The notes: a model not told the origin generated them from the letters alone. A DNA stretch of 63,892 nucleotides, filler included, from Octopus bimaculoides (GCF_001194135.2; 5 parts of 4 records of this genome joined end to end with filler, not necessarily neighbours in it), one strand, 5' to 3'; shown: positions 1 through 13,306, numbered from the whole stretch's first letter. Made by a program: numbers and translations.

Positions 1-26
1 ATATATACATATATATTCATTTATAG

Positions 27-99
<73 letters not shown>

Positions 100-104
100 T
101 AGAT
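27..104. repeat. (GATA)n microsatellite
   Basis: Perfect AGAT tandem run. Similar runs occur at 789-866, 9025-9097, 19990-20061, 33067-33122 and 42123-42192. Confidence 0.98.
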
Positions 105-787
105 ACTGACATAAATATAAGCGTATAGGTTTATATATATATGTATATGTACATTTATGTATGTATGTATACGCGTGTATATATGTACGTATGTATGTAT
201 AATTGTACACATACAGTAAGTGACAAAGAGATGTGAGAAACACAGAGAAACAAGGAAAAAGAGAGAGATTGCTTGGTAAAAGTGCAAGGGAGGTGGAAAC
301 CAGCCAGAGGAAGATACAACACCATTGCCGAGACAGAGAATTATGAAGTGAGATCGAAAGTGAAATTATGAAAGAAAGAGCAAAAGATAGGTGTATGGTT
401 GAAAAGTGGTGAGAGAGAGAGAGAGAGAGGGAGGGAGAGAGAAGTGAGAAGACAGAATGAGTTGACAGTAGGAGAGAAAAGAGTAAGTATGAAAGGTGAA
501 GAAAATTTGGAAATAAAATATGGCTTGAGAAAATGAGACAGCGTGTGAGTGTGTGTGTGTGTGTGTAAATGTTTGTAAGGCTATAGCATTGATAGAGAAA
601 TAATTGAAACAGGAAATTTGCTATAGAGAGGACAACGTAAAGAAGAAGAGAAAAATGTAAATGAGGAAGAGGCATAGAGCGTGAAGGGAAGAGTATGTTG
701 GAGAGAAAGTATGATAAATGTATGGAGAGTGGGAGTAAAGAATGGGGGAATAGGAAAAGAAAAATTGAAGAAAGAGTGTAGTTTGAT

Positions 788-867
<80 letters not shown>

Positions 868-2574
868 AGGTAAACAATGAAAAAAATGGAAACAATGAAA
901 AGTAACAAACGGAAAAGAGAATTTTATGAAAAGAGAAAGTATAGTAGTAAAATGAAGGATAAATATATCTGAAACAAAACACAATTGGAAATAGGGGAAG
1001 AATAAAATGGCGAAAATATAAAATAGAATGCAAAGGAATACTAAAGGAAGCAATGAGAGAGAAAGAGTGAGAGTGTATAAAATTAGTAGAAAAATGAACG
1101 AAAATAATAATTTTTAAAAAATATAAACGTGTAAAAAGTGAAAAAGAACGAAAAAAGAAAGAAACAACAAAAAATGAAGAAAAGAAGAGAAGTGAGTGAA
1201 AGAAAGACAGAGAAACAGGCATAGAAATGCCAAAATAAAATGGTTGCCAAAGTTGGTAAAAAAAAATAGGGAAAAGTCAAAATGTTGCATGATGGGATTA
1301 GATAGAATAAAATAGAATAGAATAGAATAAAATAAATCATTCGAATAGAAATAAAATATATATATATGTATGTATATGTATATATATAACTCCAATAACT
1401 GTACACTTTAACATGTCGTTACTGTTGTTGCTGTTGTTGGCGATGGTATTGGTATGGATATTGTTGTTGTCGTTGTTGTTAGCGCTATTGGGTGTTTGTT
1501 ATTTGTTGTCTTGCTTGTTTAGTTGTTTGTTTTGAAATAAATCGACTTCACAGAAATTTAATTAGACCGACCATTTTGACATTTGAGTCAGGTGGTGCTT
1601 TGCCAAAACGTATACACACACACATGCACATACATAGGTGCACATGTATGTATAGACATGTAAAGATATACGCACACATGTACTCTCAAGCATACATATG
1701 TACATACATGCATTGTCTTAGATAGACGAACATGCTTACTCATAGCTGCACAATCACACATCAAATCGAATGCGTAAATGCATATACATGCATACATGTA
1801 TGTATATATGTATATACACACACACACGCACACACACACACACACACACACATATATNNNNNNNNNNNNNNNNNNNNNNNNNNNNNNNNNNNNNNNNNNN
1901 NNNNNNNNNNNNNNNNNNNNNNNNNNNNNNNNNNNNNNNNNNNNNNNNNNNNNNNNNNNNNNNNNNNNNNNNNNNNNNNNNNNNNNNNNNNNNNNNNNNN
2001 NNNNNNNNNNNNNNNNNNNNNNNNNNNNNNNNNNNNNNNNNNNNNNNNNNNNNNNNNNNNNNNNNNNNNNNNNNNNNNNNNNNNNNNNNNNNNNNNNNNN
2101 NNNNNNNNNNNNNNNNNNNNNNNNNNNNNNNNNNNNNNNNNNNNNNNNNNNNNNNNNNNNNNNNNNNNNNNNNNNNNNNNNNNNNNNNNNNNNNNNNNNN
2201 NNNNNNNNNNNNNNNNNNGCTTACTCACAAAGATGCACAAATAAAAGAAAAAGAAACATGGCCGTTAAACAAAATCAACCAAAAAACAAAAACAAATGAA
2301 CTACAAAAAATTAGCAATAAATAGAAAAAAAAAACGATGTGTTATTTTCACCACCTGCTTTTTGGAAGATTTGTGCGTCATTTGAACTCTTTCCCGCGTC
2401 GATGGTAGTGATTTTGTATTTGTTTTTGTTATTTATGTTAATATTTTTTCTTATTTTTTGCTGTTGCTTCTTTCTGTTGTTGGTTTGTGATTATTTTGTT
2501 TTTGGCGACGTTATTGTCGATATTATTATTGTTGATTAGTTTCTAGTTAGCGCCGATTGAGCTGAGCTATGAGC

Positions 2575-2705
2575 AGACATTCTAGCTGTGAACCTCCCGT
2601 CATTTTCTCAGACATTATGTGTCTAGGAGTAAATTATCACTCGTGTCTTTCCTTAAGACAGTAATGTTTAATTTGAGGAAGATGTGGTCGCAATATCTAG
2701 CAAGT
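2575..2705 (-). repeat. Unclassified dispersed repeat (family D) fragment
   Basis: Reverse complement resembles 16230-16375 and 36370-36487 (shared ...gtcttaagaaggacac...). Confidence 0.45.
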
Positions 2706-2709
2706 TTAA

Positions 2710-2918
2710 GGCAGCAATCTGGTAGAATCGTTAGCTGTCCGGGCGAAATGCTTAGCGGCATTTCATCGGTCTTTACGTTCCGAGTTCAATTTCGGTCGAG
2801 GTCGACTTTACTTTTCATCATTTCAAGGTCGATAAAATAACAACCAAATTGACTACTGGGGGCAATTTAATCGACTTACTCCCGTCCCCGAAATTTTGTG
2901 CTAAAATCTTGTGTTAAA
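2710..2918 (+). mobile_element. tRNA-derived SINE, family A
   Basis: tRNA-like head (ggcagc...tagaatcgttagc...gagttcaatttc, with A/B-box-like motifs), body gtcgactt...ttcatc...gtcgataaaata and tail ...aaatttgaaac. About 15 homologous copies occur in the window. Confidence 0.85.
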
Positions 2919-3051
2919 ATTTGAAACTGATATCTAACAGGTTTATAAATCACGTGCAGGTCATCTTCATTGCTCCATCGTTATATTTCAGCATTTAGTT
3001 ATGAATTAAGAATGAAACAAAAGATTAAACGTAGCTATTTCCCTCCTACAT

Positions 3052-3215
3052 ATGGTTTCAAATGTTGGTATAAGGCCAGTAATTTCGACCCTAGTGCTCA
3101 ACTGGTACTTATTTTATCAACTCCGAAAGGATGAAAGGCGAAGTCGACCTCGGCGGAATTTGAACTCAGAAAATAAAGAGGGCGAAATGCCGCTAAGCAT
3201 TTTGCCCAGCGATTT
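3052..3215 (-). mobile_element. SINE family A, inverted relative to 2710-2918
   Basis: ccgaaaggatgaaaggcgaagtcgacctcggcggaatttgaactcagaa is the reverse complement of the family A body and head. Confidence 0.85.
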
Positions 3216-3515
3216 TCGTCCTACATATTGGCAAGATGCATAGCAGTCAGATGCTTCTTTTTTTGTGATCCGAGGTATCCATCAATCATTCAACAACCAT
3301 ACTGATTTCAGAATAAGTTTAATGGTTGTCGTGACGTTAATGTTGTAAGTGAAATATGTAACACGAAAAAAGATTTGCATGCTCGTTTCCCTTACGTAAA
3401 TTAACACGTTTTAGAGATCGTTAAACACTTCCAATATAAAAAGGTCGCTCAGTTACTGCAAACGTCTTTTAACTAGCGGGAGAAATTATTGCTCGTGAGC
3501 ATGAAGAGGAGTTTC

Positions 3516-3558
3516 TCTTCCACCTCTCTCACTCTCTCTCTCTCTCTCGCTCTCTCTT

Positions 3559-3633
<75 letters not shown>

Positions 3634-3640
3634 CTCTCTG

Positions 3641-3671
<31 letters not shown>

Positions 3672-3690
3672 CTTCCTCTCTCTCTCTCTT
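3516..3690. repeat. Compound (CT)n/(TA)n microsatellite
   Basis: Direct reading; it is the source of the ERER/SLSL pseudo-ORFs. Confidence 0.95.
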
Positions 3691-4329
3691 TCTGAAAATC
3701 GGTCATTTTTTTCAATTTTGTCAAACATGATGCCATTTTGTGAGATTCTTGTTTAATTCTTTTAAAATAAAACCATATTTAAAACTCATAAAAGTATTTT
3801 AAGCAAAATATTTTCAAATCATTTTGGCTCCATATGTGCATAACATCAAAGTACAATCGATTCTTCCTGTTCATGGTCACAACACAATGCACTGTAAGGC
3901 AAACACTCAATTACTTTCAAAGTTAAGGAGGAAAGCGAAACATTGTTTGTGTCGTCAGGAATGAAGAACATACCAAGATGTCATGTGATACACAGACTAT
4001 AAAGATAGGTCTGCTAAGCACAAGCTACACCCGACACAAGACATTTTCAATTCAATAGCACAACCCAATTATTACATCGTCCGCATCGTACACATAATCT
4101 ATACAATCACCTGCCAATGAAATAACAATAGTTATTCAATATATTACGCCCATCTAAGGCAACAAATTGACAGAATCGTTAGTATGCTGGGAAAAATGCT
4201 TAGCATTGGTGAAAAATGTGTTTTAAAATATTTGAAAAGTTATTTCGTGAATTATCTTTTTATAGTAATCCATAATTAAGTTGGAATATCTGGGGAAAAA
4301 CGTTGTTCTCATCGCAGAACCTGATATTT

Positions 4330-6205
4330 AATGCCGCTATAAGTCATCGAATATGAAGGAGTTACTTTGTAATATGAATATCGGGTCATAATTGACACAG
4401 TTGTTTTCAATACGGTCAACTAACTCAACTTGATATGTATCATGCGAATATTTAATCGCATTGACTCCACGGTCGTGAGAAATATTAGTGTATAAATTAA
4501 CATCAAAGGAGATAATCATTGCATTTTAACTCATTGTGTATGGTAAGTAATAAAGTATATCCAGTTCATTTCGAAAGTGTGAGCTTTAAGAAAGGTTTTT
4601 GTAAGATGTCAGAAAGTTGCTTAATCAGAGTGTTTCACAAGCCGATCCTTCTGTAATTGATCTTAATATCAATTCATCAGTGGAGGGTATTTCGATATTC
4701 TTGGATTAAGAGTTTTTGCAAACGTCACTTACAGATATATTTTTGTGCATTTTAGGTAAACCATAGAAATCGATTATATTGCATCTGATGTTGCATAGAT
4801 AATCAAATTCTTTAGATACCAAACATTTGCCGTATTGTCNNNNNNNNNNNNNNNNNNNNNNNNNNNNNNNNNNNNNNNNNNNNNNNNNNNNNNNNNNNNN
4901 NNNNNNNNNNNNNNNNNNNNNNNNNNNNNNNNNNNNNNNNNNNNNNNNNNNNNNNNNNNNNNNNNNNNNNNNNNNNNNNNNNNNNNNNNNNNNNNNNNNN
5001 NNNNNNNNNNNNNNNNNNNNNNNNNNNNNNNNNNNNNNNNNNNNNNNNNNNNNNNNNNNNNNNNNNNNNNNNNNNNNNNNNNNNNNNNNNNNNNNNNNNN
5101 NNNNNNNNNNNNNNNNNNNNNNNNNNNNNNNNNNNNNNNNNNNNNNNNNNNNNNNNNNNNNNNNNNNNNNNNNNNNNNNNNNNNNNNNNNNNNNNNNNNN
5201 NNNNNNNNNNNNNNNNNNNNNNNNNNNNNNNNNNNNNNNNNNNNNNNNNNNNNNNNNNGGGGTTACATTTCAGAAAAGTTAGATTTTATGGGAGTAGGTG
5301 TAAATTTCAATATGTTCACTTGTTTGTCTTTTGATATTTGCTTTGATAAATGACTTTTGGTTTCTTCTGTTTGGTAGCCATCTTGTGTCCAGGCATCTCT
5401 GGGTCTGGTCTAAAACAAACAGCTGTTATTTGGTAAATTTTAGCACTAATTGTTCTTCTATTTGGAGTTGATTCATCAGATCTGTCCTACTTTTCATGGT
5501 AAACATAATTATTTTGTTCTGAGTATTTCCTAGTACGGTTGTTCAGGTGTATAATTATATCTTGAATTCCATGTCCAATAGTCATATTCTTTCTAAAGTT
5601 CGAACGATTTCTCTCACGTGATTGTTTTTTGTATTTCTCAATGTATTTAATTCGTGAGAGAAATCGATTGATGGTGTTGTAATTTTGGGGTCTTTCATTC
5701 TTATTGTTTCTGTTAAATTTGAAAGAGTCAAAATTTGGTTTTGGCCTTTGATATTGTGATATTTTGAGATTACGTTGGTTGCCGTATTGTACCTACATAT
5801 GTGGTTACTTTGTCAACTTTTTTTTATAAACAGGTTTGTTCGAGGAATATTCTCTCTAAAATTCTTCTTCATAACACTCCTACCATCGCAAGAGTGATAC
5901 AAGTTCTGCATTTTCTTCGTCTTCTTTTCAGAGTTTAAAAAAGGATTTATAAATGTAATCCTTCTGCTTTTTTTGACATCCTCTCCTTCCATTTGTTGAT
6001 AAATTTTTCTACTTGTTTTTATGTCTCAGCTCTTAATCTACAAATTCATTTTGCTAAAAGACATTTGCTCCTTTAGTCTCCTTTGCTGTTCTGGTTCCTC
6101 ATTAATTGTTTTCATTTGTAGTTTAAGGAATAAAATTGATGGGATGGAATTCAATCATTTTTTATCACGTACATATAGGTCAAATTTCCAGCCTTTTATT
6201 GCTTG
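4330..6205 (-). pseudogene. Degraded Penelope-like element: N-terminal region plus RT, interrupted by gap 4840-5258
   Basis: Minus-strand translation gives ...KFTPTP, FYGLPKMHK, EGSACETL, ISFDVNLYTNISHDRGVNAIKY and FILQSNSFIFD. These match the Penelope RT motifs KFxPTP, YGLPKxHK and SxDVxxLYTxIPH, with many stops and frameshifts. The extent upstream of about 5330 is less certain. Confidence 0.8.
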
Positions 6206-6209
6206 ATCC

Positions 6210-6232
6210 AGGGCTAGGGTTAGGGTTAGGGT
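6210..6232 (+). repeat. Short telomere-like tract (CTAGGG TTAGGG TTAGGG)
   Basis: agggctagggttagggttagggt read directly. Confidence 0.6.
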
Positions 6233-7104
6233 GTCCTATTTAATATTTTGTAGAGTATATTACACGGGGAAATCCATTAATTTCTTCTTTATTTGAAGGT
6301 TCCGTCTCCGTCGTAGAATTCAGTATTATTTCCCAATACATCAAATACTTTTTGTAAACTCATAGACTTTACAAAAATTAGTTATCCTATTTCCTTCTTT
6401 GTTAATATCGTATACAAACTGTGATTCATTGAATTTTGCAACCAAACTCGTCAGTTTTCCACTTATATTTTGCAGTTCTCTTAACATTTTTTTAATTTTA
6501 TTATAAACAGAATAAAAAGGGCAAAATGTATAGGTCTCCATGACCATAGAATCGTGAAACATGAAAAAGGAGTTGTCATATATCTACCCACATTTAACCC
6601 GAAATATTCCATCATATTCAAAACAAACTTGCCTTTTCTGTTTCTAGGTAAAAAAAAAAAAGCAAGAAAAAAAACAGTGGGAAAATTCTGGAAAAATCAA
6701 AGTCATCAAAAGCAAAATGCAACCCGTGACATAGAAAAAATATACTGACTAAGACAAAAGTTTCCCAACAATTTTCCAGCCATTGGTTACTAGATGTTGA
6801 ATGCCAAACTATTGTACATGCCTACATTTATCTGAGGGTTCGAAGTTAAAATTTAAAGATGAACGAGTCTTTAAAAGGAAGTTTGCTCGCAACTCCAAAA
6901 TTTATGTAATAACATGTAAATATTTGAAAACCTATATTGGACAGCCCGTATTACCGCTACACATAAGCGATAGATTAATATAAAGCAAATCAGGAAAGTT
7001 TCATTAAGTAAACATATAGTAACATGTGCATGAATGGAAGTGCCTAATTTTAAACTATTTTCATTCTACAAATTCTCGAATCCAAACAATGAACAACAAT
7101 GGAT

Positions 7105-7378
7105 ATCTTACTTGTTTCAGTCATTAGACTGCAGCTATGCTGGGGCATCATCTTGAATTTTTAGTCGAATGAATCGTTCCAAGTACTTCTTTTTTTAAGC
7201 CCGGTACTTATTCTATCGATCTTTTTTGCCGAACAGCTAGTTTACTGGGATGCAAACACACCAACACCAGCTGTCACAGAAAGATACACGCACATAAATA
7301 TACATATATGTATACGACGAGCTTCTTTCAGTTTGCCTCTACCAAATCCACTCACAAGGCATTGGTCGGATAAAGAAA
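7105..7378 (-). mobile_element. SINE family B (3' part and body)
   Basis: Reverse complement of the 35011-35407 family (cttctttcagttt...taccaaatccactcacaaggc...ggtcgg). Confidence 0.8.
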
Positions 7379-7379
7379 C

Positions 7380-8132
7380 TAATGATCACTCAATACTTCA
7401 TGATAAAAATAACTCCTGTCCGACAAAAGGAAGAAATCAAACTCTGGTTAACTTTTGTGATTTGGTCAACAATTATCCCTACAGTTTACTCCCATCTCAA
7501 AAATTTAAAACAAATACAAGTCGAAAAGAACGGGAAATCATTAATGATCTCGAAGAGGATCATAAAATAATTATAAAAGAAGCCGATAAAGGGAGTGCTG
7601 TAGTAATCATAGACTCAGAACAATACATAAACACTATCCTAATGCTCCTTCAAGACAATACCTACTACGAAAAAATCAACAACTACAGATAATGACTAAA
7701 TATTTTTTACCCTTATCCACTAGTTCCAACAACGGAAAAGGAGAAAGATTACTTTACTAGATTTGACTGCAAAACCAGCAACTGTTATGGACTTCCCAAA
7801 ATCCAGAACAGTGAAGCCATAAATGAAGCCTGTAACAGATCAACTTCTATAGACATAAATATCCCACACCCGAGAGATCTCAAAGTGTGACCAATTGTGG
7901 TTGGTCCCTCGTGTGAGACACACAGACTCAGTAGCTTTATTGACGTCTTCCTTAAACCTATTCTCCAACATATACCGTGCTTTATAAGGGATGATCTGGA
8001 CTTTTTAAACCATCTCATGAACAAAATCAGTAAAGATTCCCTTCTGGTTTCATTCGATGTAATAAACCTCTACACCTCGATTCCTCACGAATACAGAATA
8101 AGAGCTATAGAATACTGACTGGAAAAATTCCC

Positions 8133-8133
<1 letters not shown>
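7380..8133 (+). pseudogene. Penelope-like RT fragment
   Basis: Translation gives IIIKEADKGSAVVIID, YGLPKIQ, PIVVGPSCETHRLSSFIDVFLKP and LVSFDVINLYTSIPHE, with internal stops. It ends in (GATA)n. Confidence 0.9.
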
Positions 8134-8164
<31 letters not shown>

Positions 8165-8589
8165 ATAGAGAGATACATACATACATACATACATACATAC
8201 ATGCATACATATATACATACATGCATACATTGGTAGATAAACATATATATATATACATATACATATGCATATGCACTTACATACATTTATATATNNNNNN
8301 NNNNNNNNNNNNNNNNNNNNNNNNNNNNNNNNNNNNNNNNNNNNNNNNNNNNNNNNNNNNNNNNNNNNNNNNNNNNNNNNNNNNNNNNNNNNNNNNNNNN
8401 NNNNNNNNNNNNNNNNNNNNNNNNNNNNNNNNNNNNNNNNNNNNNNNNNNNNNNNNNNNNNNNNNNNNNNNNNNNNNNNNNNNNNNNNNNNNNNNNNNNN
8501 NNNNNNNNNNNNNNNNNNNNNNNNNNNNNNNNNNNNNNNNNNNNNNNNNNNNNNNNNNNNNNNNNTGTACTTAGGGATTCAGCACAAGA

Positions 8590-8930
8590 CTAGTTCTCAG
8601 GCGCAGGTGTGGCTGTGTGATAAGAAGTGAAACCTTGGGCAAGTGCTTTCTACTGTAACATCGAGTAGACCAACGCCTTGTGAGTAGAGTTGGTAGACGG
8701 AATCTGAAAGAAGCCCATCGTATATACATATATAATATATATGTATATGTATGTATGTATGTGTGTGCGTGTGTGTATTTATGTATGTGTGTATGTATGT
8801 TTGTATGACTGTATGCATATATATATATACGAATGTATGTTTATGTCTGTGTTTGTCCGCTGCGTCCTCTTGAAAATCGGCGTTGGCTTGTTTACACCCC
8901 TAAAACTTAACGGTTCGGCGAAAGAGGAAG
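8590..8930 (+). mobile_element. SINE family B with expanded internal microsatellite
   Basis: Head ggcgcaggtgtggctgtgtg, then ccttgggcaagtg...ctgaaagaagcccatcg, an internal (TA)/(TG) tract and aacttaacggttcggc. Confidence 0.75.
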
Positions 8931-8963
8931 ATATTCATATGTGTGTATGCATACATACATATA

Positions 8964-9025
<62 letters not shown>

Positions 9026-9030
9026 TAGAC

Positions 9031-9097
<67 letters not shown>

Positions 9098-9993
9098 CAT
9101 CAACGCATGCACGCATATCGCCCTTATATTTGTAGTTGAATACATTTGCAAATATATAGCAGAGCGGGTAAACACCGATTTCCCAAAGTCAAACAGCTAT
9201 CTTCACATCACCGTCAGCACACATTTGTACACAGAAGTCCACAAATTTCAACCAACCATTGCTACACATACACAGCCACACACGCGTAAGCACACTTATG
9301 CACATACAAGAAGTACACATGCACACCTATATATTGATACACATATCTAAATAAGCTAATATCCATATAATATATGTCGGATCAATTACTTTATAAGTTT
9401 ATGCTGGCATGTTAGAAGCATATGTACTATACATTACATAGGTACCCTGTATACTACACATTCATGTGAATAAGTACATGCTTACGTTAATAATCGCTCA
9501 TATCCAATCACAGACACAAACACACACATACATGGATATTTACATTGTGACACACAAATATACCCACGCACACATTATAATGAATAACTATCAACATATA
9601 TATATATATATATATATATANNNNNNNNNNNNNNNNNNNNNNNNNNNNNNNNNNNNNNNNNNNNNNNNNNNNNNNNNNNNNNNNNNNNNNNNNNNNNNNN
9701 NNNNNNNNNNNNNNNNNNNNNNNNNNNNNNNNNNNNNNNNNNNNNNNNNNNNNNNNNNNNNNNNNNNNNNNNNNNNNNNNNNNNNNNNNNNNNNNNNNNN
9801 NNNNNNNNNNNNNNNNNNNNNNNNNNNNNNNNNNNNNNNNNNNNNNNNNNNNNNNNNNNNNNNNNNNNNNNNNNNNNNNNNNNNNNNNNNNNNNNNNNNN
9901 NNNNNNNNNNNNNNNNNNNNNNNNNNNNNNNNNNNNNNNNNNNNNNNNNNNNNNNNNNNNNNNNNNNNNNNNNNNNNNNNNNNNTATATATAC

Positions 9994-10040
<47 letters not shown>

Positions 10041-10387
10041 GGCGTGCATGTATGTATGTATATGCATATGCACATATGTGCAAATTTTTATGTTTTTCTA
10101 TGTACACATGCACACGTTCATAAGTATGTAGTCACAAATTCACGCCCATATATATGCATACACACACACACACATATATGTGTATGTGTGCGCGTGTGTG
10201 TATGTGTGTGTGTGTGTGTTCATATATACACATACACATATAAATATATATGTATGTATACATAGACATATCATAATTGAATGAAGCGTACGACTCATAA
10301 ACAAAAAGCAAGATATTTCAGACACACATATAACACACACATAGACATACACACGCATATGCAAGCATAGATACATACTTACATACA

Positions 10388-10439
<52 letters not shown>

Positions 10440-11514
10440 CTCGCACGCACGCATAAGCATCTGCGTTAGTAATGCACGCAGTGCAATTACCCAGAATATT
10501 AAACTATTTACATTTAATATGCTTATCTATACAACCAGTAACCAATCTTTATAAGAATTTAATTCTAAGCTTTTAGCAAGCTCTCCATGTTTCTTTAATC
10601 TTTAATACGGGCGTTACCTCCTGTTATAGATGGCTGGGTGGAGGAATAAAGAGACTTATCTATCTAACTGTCTACCAATCTATCTCTATGTATGTGTACA
10701 TATTTATATGTGCGTGTGTGTATATATGCATGTTTGCAAATACATGAACATAAATGCATAGATATATATATGTATATATATATATATATATNNNNNNNNN
10801 NNNNNNNNNNNNNNNNNNNNNNNNNNNNNNNNNNNNNNNNNNNNNNNNNNNNNNNNNNNNNNNNNNNNNNNNNNNNNNNNNNNNNNNNNNNNNNNNNNNN
10901 NNNNNNNNNNNNNNNNNNNNNNNNNNNNNNNNNNNNNNNNNNNNNNNNNNNNNNNNNNNNNNNNNNNNNNNNNNNNNNNNNNNNNNNNNNNNNNNNNNNN
11001 NNNNNNNNNNNNNNNNNNNNNNNNNNNNNNNNNNNNNNNNNNNNNNNNNNNNNNNNNNNNNNNNNNNNNNNNNNNNNNNNNNNNNNNNNNNNNNNNNNNN
11101 NNNNNNNNNNNNNNNNNNNNNNNNNNNNNNNNNNNNNNNNNNNNNNNNNNNNNNNNNNNNNNNNNNNNNNNNNNNNNNNNNNNNNNNNNNNNNNNNNNNN
11201 NNNNNNNNNNNNNNNNNNNNNNNNNNNNNNNNNNNNNNNNNNNNNNNNNNNNNNNNNNNNNNNNNNNNNNNNNNNNNNNNNNNNNNNNNNNNNNNNNNNN
11301 NNNNNNNNNNNNNNNNNNNNNNNNNNNNNNNNNNNNNNNNNNNNNNNNNNNNNNNNNNNNNNNNNNNNNNNNNNNNNNNNNNNNNNNNNNNNNNNNNNNN
11401 NNNNNNNNNNNNNNNNNNNNNNNNNNNNNNNNNNNNNNNNNNNNNNNNNNNNNNNNNNNNNNNNNNNNNNNNNNNNNNNNNNNNNNNNNNNNNNNNNNNN
11501 NNNNNNNNNNNNNN

Positions 11515-12393
11515 ACATCATGGCATCATAATTTTTAAATATCTATAAAACCGTCAAAAGCATGTTTATTTTTATGTTTTCTGATTTATTATTAGTGTTC
11601 CTTAATATGACAGGCGCTAGCGTAACAAAAAACAGCCGAAATGTTTTGTGTATCAAGAAGTACTGTCTCGAAAGTAATGACAGCCTTTGAGAAAGAGGGA
11701 AAAACCTCCTCGTCGAAACAAAACTCCAGAAGAGGACCAAATCTTTCAGATAGGGATCGTGGGACTCTTACGCGAATTGTTAGAAAGTATCACAAAAGTA
11801 CAGCTCCCCAAATTACTGCAGAGCTTAATGACCACCTCGAGAACCCAGTTTCCACAAGAACTGCACAAAGCCGGATTTCATAGGAGGACTGCAATCAGAA
11901 AACCACTACTTTCAAAAACAAACGTTTCAAAGCGTTTAGAATGGTTTAAAACCTACATTATTTATCCTTAGAGAAATGGAATAATGTTATTTTTTCAGAC
12001 GACCACCGACCGAGTATACGTGTGGAGACAGCCAAAAGAATAATTTGACCCAGACTGTCTTCTTCCAACTGTTAAACATAGAGGAGAATCTGTGATGATC
12101 TGGGGGTGGGATATATCTTGGAAATCCTCCGGCCCAATGGTTTCCGTTCATGGCAGAATTAATAGTCAAGACTATTTAAGCATTTTATCTGATCAAATTC
12201 TTCCTATGGTTGCAGAACTGTTTCCGGAGGGAAACGCAATCTTTCAGGATGATAATGAACCAATTCACACCGCTAAAGTTGTTACTGAATGGCACGAGGA
12301 ATATTCTAGTTAAGTTGAACATCTTATCTGGCCACCACAGTCCCCAGATCTCAATATTATTGAACATTTATGGTGTATTTTAGAAAAAACATG
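11515..12393 (+). pseudogene. Tc1-like transposon copy 1 (DD36E, Incomer-like), 3'-truncated at a linker
   Basis: Translation gives GASVTKTAEMFCVSRSTVSKVMTAF (HTH), RKPLL, VKHRGESVMIWG and FQDDNEPIHT...WPPQSPDLNIIEHLW, with 36 codons between the second D and E. Homologous to 21755-22990; contains stops and deletions. Confidence 0.92.
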
Positions 12394-12493
12394 NNNNNNN
12401 NNNNNNNNNNNNNNNNNNNNNNNNNNNNNNNNNNNNNTTAATTAATTAANNNNNNNNNNNNNNNNNNNNNNNNNNNNNNNNNNNNNNNNNNNN
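12394..12493. other. Artificial scaffold linker N44-TTAATTAATTAA-N44
   Basis: Exactly 100 bp, with a 12-mer that has stops in all six frames. Identical structure occurs at three other sites. Confidence 0.95.
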
Positions 12494-13245
12494 CGTTAGA
12501 TGTTTCTGTAATTTTTCCTTTGATAAAGGTAGCTTTTGCATATTTATCGAAGCCAAATTGCATCCTGATGTCATCACTGAATTGTTTAACAATCGCTAGT
12601 AAGCCCTTGAGTTGTTGGTCATTTTTTGCAAAGAGCTTTAAATCATCCATGTAAATGAGATGATTTATATTTTTATCAAACATTTTATAACCGTACTGTA
12701 CACCATCGAGCAATTTCGAGATGGACAGAAGAGGAGTGGTGATAGTGAGTCACACTGGAAAATGCCACAGGAAATTCTTACATCTCCAGCATTAAGAGAT
12801 TCATTGTCACTGTTCAAAGTCAGTGTGGTTCTCCATGATCTTATACTTACAGACAAAAAGTTTCGCAGAGTAGGAGCTGTTTTATACATTTCCAGACATA
12901 TCTTAATCCAGCAATGTGGCAGAACTATCCAAAGCTTTTTTTATAGTTTATCCAGGCCATTGACAAGTTTTTGTGTCGTTTTGTAACAATCCTCCAAGAT
13001 CATCTTATTGATGAGTAGCTGATCTTTACAACCATAGGATCTACGTTTACATCCTTTTTACTCACTAGGGAATATGCCACTTTCTAATAAAAAAACTATA
13101 GGTATATTCAGTCAGGACAGATGTTAGCGTTTTATACATTGTTGTTAAGCAGGTTATGGGTCGATAATTTTTTGGTTCATTTGTTACTTCATATTTTTGG
13201 AAGTAAGAGTGTTAAACCATTAACTAGCCAAGAGGGAATCATACA
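12494..13245 (-). pseudogene. R4/Dong-like non-LTR retrotransposon RT fragment (5'-truncated)
   Basis: Translation gives PKNYRPITCL, GCKDQLLINKMILED, GIFQ(C/G)DSLSPLLF and INHLIYMDDLKLFAK, a motif set typical of R4/Dong-clade RT. Confidence 0.85.
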
Positions 13246-13247
13246 AT

Positions 13248-13306
<59 letters not shown>

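Noticed and set aside
21-1406. ORFs of 88-213 aa rich in YLSI, F and L
   Set aside because: They are translations of (GATA)n and GA/A-rich low-complexity DNA.
3430-3445. TATAAAAAGG TATA-like box
   Set aside because: It is expected by chance in AT-rich DNA, and no downstream gene is supported.
5259-6205. Possible N-terminal GIY-YIG (Naiad-type permuted Penelope)
   Set aside because: Only a lone YVG tripeptide was found in low-complexity translation, with no convincing GIY-YIG motif pair.
4330-8133. Two Penelope RT fragments in divergent orientation, suggesting a single inverted-structure element
   Set aside because: Their overlapping RT peptides differ substantially (ISFDVNLYTNISHDRGVNAIKY versus VSFDVINLYTSIPHEYRIRAIEY), and unrelated DNA plus a SINE lies between them; they are more likely independent insertions.
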